From contig CBDDEL010000017.1 in the NCBI GenBank assembly GCA_965226885.1, positions 416,001 to 480,000 of the forward strand: a DNA stretch of 64,000 nt. Reading direction: 5' to 3'. A program made the translations under genes and the position numbers. Positions 61,922-64,000 of the stretch are shown piece by piece. The notes beneath the pieces were generated by a model. It was not told where the DNA came from, ran no database searches, and saw nothing but the letters and a program-made list of their open reading frames with translations. The stretch is from Opitutales bacterium. Its GTDB lineage: Bacteria > Verrucomicrobiota > Verrucomicrobiia > Opitutales > UBA2987. Positions within the stretch are counted from its first letter, which is position 1, and each line of letters begins with the position of its first letter.

Positions 61922-63100
61922 TCAGGCGGCAGGGTGATTGAGGACGGGCCGCCCTCTTGTTTGCCAGACAAGGACACATGCGGTCAGGAATATGAGGAAA
62001 CCGACACCGCCAATGGCCGGAAAAACCATGGCCAAGGAGGAGTGGCCGATGATGGCTTTGACACCCCAGACGGAAAATGCGCCGATGGCGAAGGTGACGG
62101 TAAACTTCAAGCCGTAACCGGTACTGCGCCAACGATCGGGGGTAAAGCGGGCCACCAGACTGTTTTCAATGGGCTGCATACCGATACTGAAAAACACGAA
62201 TGTAGCCGCACAGGCCATCAGAGGGGCTCCCGACAAGGCCACCATGGCAATGGCAAATGGAAAACCCAAGCCGTGAAAAAGCATGTACAAAATTCGCAAG
62301 TCGTAGCGGTCGGCCAGATGGCCGGAGATGTATTGCCCGAAGGTTGCCATTAAATAAACAATGGAGGTGGCCGCACCGTAGCCAATAAAATCAACCCGCT
62401 CGGCGTAATAAGCCGGTTGGGCAACGGAGCTGGCCCTGTAGGTGAGGCCCGCAAGGGTCATGGCCACCATGAGGATGAGGAACAATTTGAGACGCTCGCT
62501 CGGTTTGTGGTGCCGTTCGTCTCGAATCGCTTCTCCGGGTTTGGGTTCTTCGATGTGGTGAAAAGTGACCAGTAGCCCCATGACAAGAAGCATCCCGCCA
62601 ATAACTGCATAGGCGCCCCGCCAACCCCAATTGAGGGACAGCCATTCCGTCAAGACGGGAGCGCTTGCGATGCCGATATTGCCGCAAATGCCGTTGATCC
62701 CAAGGGCTTTACCGCGATGGCGGACGGTTCTTGAAATCAGGCTCATGCCAGCGGGATGGTAGAGGCTGGCGAATGCCCCTACACCGGCCAAGGCAATGGC
62801 CAGGGAGGCCCCCGGAGCGCTCAAGGCAACCAGCATCATGGCTGGACCGATGCCCAAAACACCGGTCCGTACGACCCATCTGGCGCGCAGGCGGTCCGTT
62901 ATCAAACCGACGGGAAAGGCGCCCAGTCCGAAAATGAAATAACCGGCGAAACTCCAGCCGAGAACGGTTTCGAGGGCCAAACCTTCCTCCAGGGCTAAGG
63001 CAATGGCGGCGGTTGGAAAAATGAGCATGGCCAGGTGACAGCCGAAATGAGCCACCCCGGTCAGCAAGAGCATATGCCGTTCGTTATTGTTTAAATTCAT
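61922..63100 (-). CDS. MFS transporter
   Basis: About 12 hydrophobic segments; GLITDR, YHPAG and GHLADRY motifs. Confidence 0.9.
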   Translation of the reverse strand: MNLNNNERHMLLLTGVAHFGCHLAMLIFPTAAIALALEEGLALETVLGWSFAGYFIFGLGAFPVGLITDRLRARWVVRTGVLGIGPAMMLVALSAPGASLAIALAGVGAFASLYHPAGMSLISRTVRHRGKALGINGICGNIGIASAPVLTEWLSLNWGWRGAYAVIGGMLLVMGLLVTFHHIEEPKPGEAIRDERHHKPSERLKLFLILMVAMTLAGLTYRASSVAQPAYYAERVDFIGYGAATSIVYLMATFGQYISGHLADRYDLRILYMLFHGLGFPFAIAMVALSGAPLMACAATFVFFSIGMQPIENSLVARFTPDRWRSTGYGLKFTVTFAIGAFSVWGVKAIIGHSSLAMVFPAIGGVGFLIFLTACVLVWQTRGRPVLNHPAA

Positions 63101-63278
63101 GCCGCTAGATAAATTGAAACCCCCACCCTGCGGCGATGCCTGGGAAGTTCAGAAATCATGGCAAGCAACGAGGCGAGAAGAAGCGGTTTAATTCATCCCT
63201 ATTTTGAAAAAAGGCAATGAAAAGCTGCACTCTAATGTCCCAGTTACCTTAGATAACAGGCCATACGCCGGTAAACCC

Positions 63279-63998
63279 TTAATAGGGCATGCGGATGTAT
63301 TCTTTGGCGGGAGCGCTGTTATTTGCCTGGGCAGTGGACCGGTTGCGGTTAATTATAAGCCGAAAGGTGATGGGAACGCGCATGCGGAATTTTACCTCTT
63401 TGCCGTCTTTTCTTCCGGGCAAGAATTTCCAGGTGAATATGGCCGTCCGGGCGCTTTCGGCAAATTCCAGATAATCCGCTTTTTCCACCTCGACATCAAA
63501 TACATTACCATCCTCGTCAACCGACAAAATAGCGAATACTTTTCCCTCCACTCTTTCCGCAACAAGATTGCGGGGATAATGAGGTTTGCCCTGTATGATG
63601 GGGATGGGGGCAGAGTCCAGGTCCGTGATTTTATAGACAAAATCCGCTTTTGATTCTTTCTCAGATGATACTTTTTGAGAATTTGGGGGAAGTAATTCCG
63701 GAATTAAGGTTTTATGAAATTGTTCTTTAGCCTGCAACCCGTGGGCCGAAAATAGCGGTGGTTTAAATAACTCAACGAAAGGTAGAATGTCCCTTGGGCC
63801 TCCACTGTAAGCATTATCCGCGAATGTTTTTTTCGCAGTAACAGGGTAATTGTTGATTATATTATTGTTTTGGGAAATCGTGTGGGGACTAAAGCGGAAC
63901 CCGCTCAGAAGGCTCAGGGTACCGCATAAAAGTATAGTGAGGAAGCCGGCAACAGCCAAACAAACCCATCTGCTTGCTAAATTATGACCCTCTGGGGG
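63279..63998 (-). CDS. tonB: TonB family energy transducer (frame open to window edge)
   Basis: PHYP...VEGKV...VDEDGNV...WKFLPG.KDG.EV...VPITF. Confidence 0.8.
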   Translation of the reverse strand, partial: PPEGHNLASRWVCLAVAGFLTILLCGTLSLLSGFRFSPHTISQNNNIINNYPVTAKKTFADNAYSGGPRDILPFVELFKPPLFSAHGLQAKEQFHKTLIPELLPPNSQKVSSEKESKADFVYKITDLDSAPIPIIQGKPHYPRNLVAERVEGKVFAILSVDEDGNVFDVEVEKADYLEFAESARTAIFTWKFLPGRKDGKEVKFRMRVPITFRLIINRNRSTAQANNSAPAKEYIRMPY

Positions 63999-64000
63999 AA

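Noticed and set aside
63243..63257. GTTACCTTAGATAAC as an operator
   Set aside because: Half-sites are in the inverse arrangement and spacing differs

Overview
Bacterial accessory catabolic region, probably from Verrucomicrobiota/Opitutales (inferred from the 'LSEFEVTAD..GW.AS' N-terminus of the TonB-dependent receptor). It ends in pyrE, an MFS transporter and tonB. Main finding: a 16-bp palindrome, GTAAC-N6-GTTAC, occurs 7 times perfectly and once with one mismatch between 0.3 and 39.5 kb. Every copy is intergenic, lies beside a TTGACA-like -35 box, and one sits directly before the local TetR gene. This outlines a candidate TetR regulon of about 30 genes for an unidentified substrate: TBDR, heparinase/lyase-like 1130-aa protein, sulfatases, two COG1233 oxidoreductases, epimerase-DapA-GNAT trio, M55/M81 hydrolases, UxaB-like reductase, GH51, enolase, dioxygenases and aminotransferases. 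A 66-bp copy of the tetR promoter/operator/first codons is fused in frame to a sulfatase gene. A solitary integron attC site joins two genes within an operon. A second module (GntR, TBDR, Fe-ADH, DapA-like, DUF1537 kinase, PdxA2) follows. The region is decaying: five IS insertions all land in genes (IS630, IS5-like, two IS3, IS1), and there are several pseudogenes, gene stubs and short tandem duplications. No rRNA, tRNA or CRISPR array was seen. All calls come from reading the sequence and recognising motifs; no database search was run.
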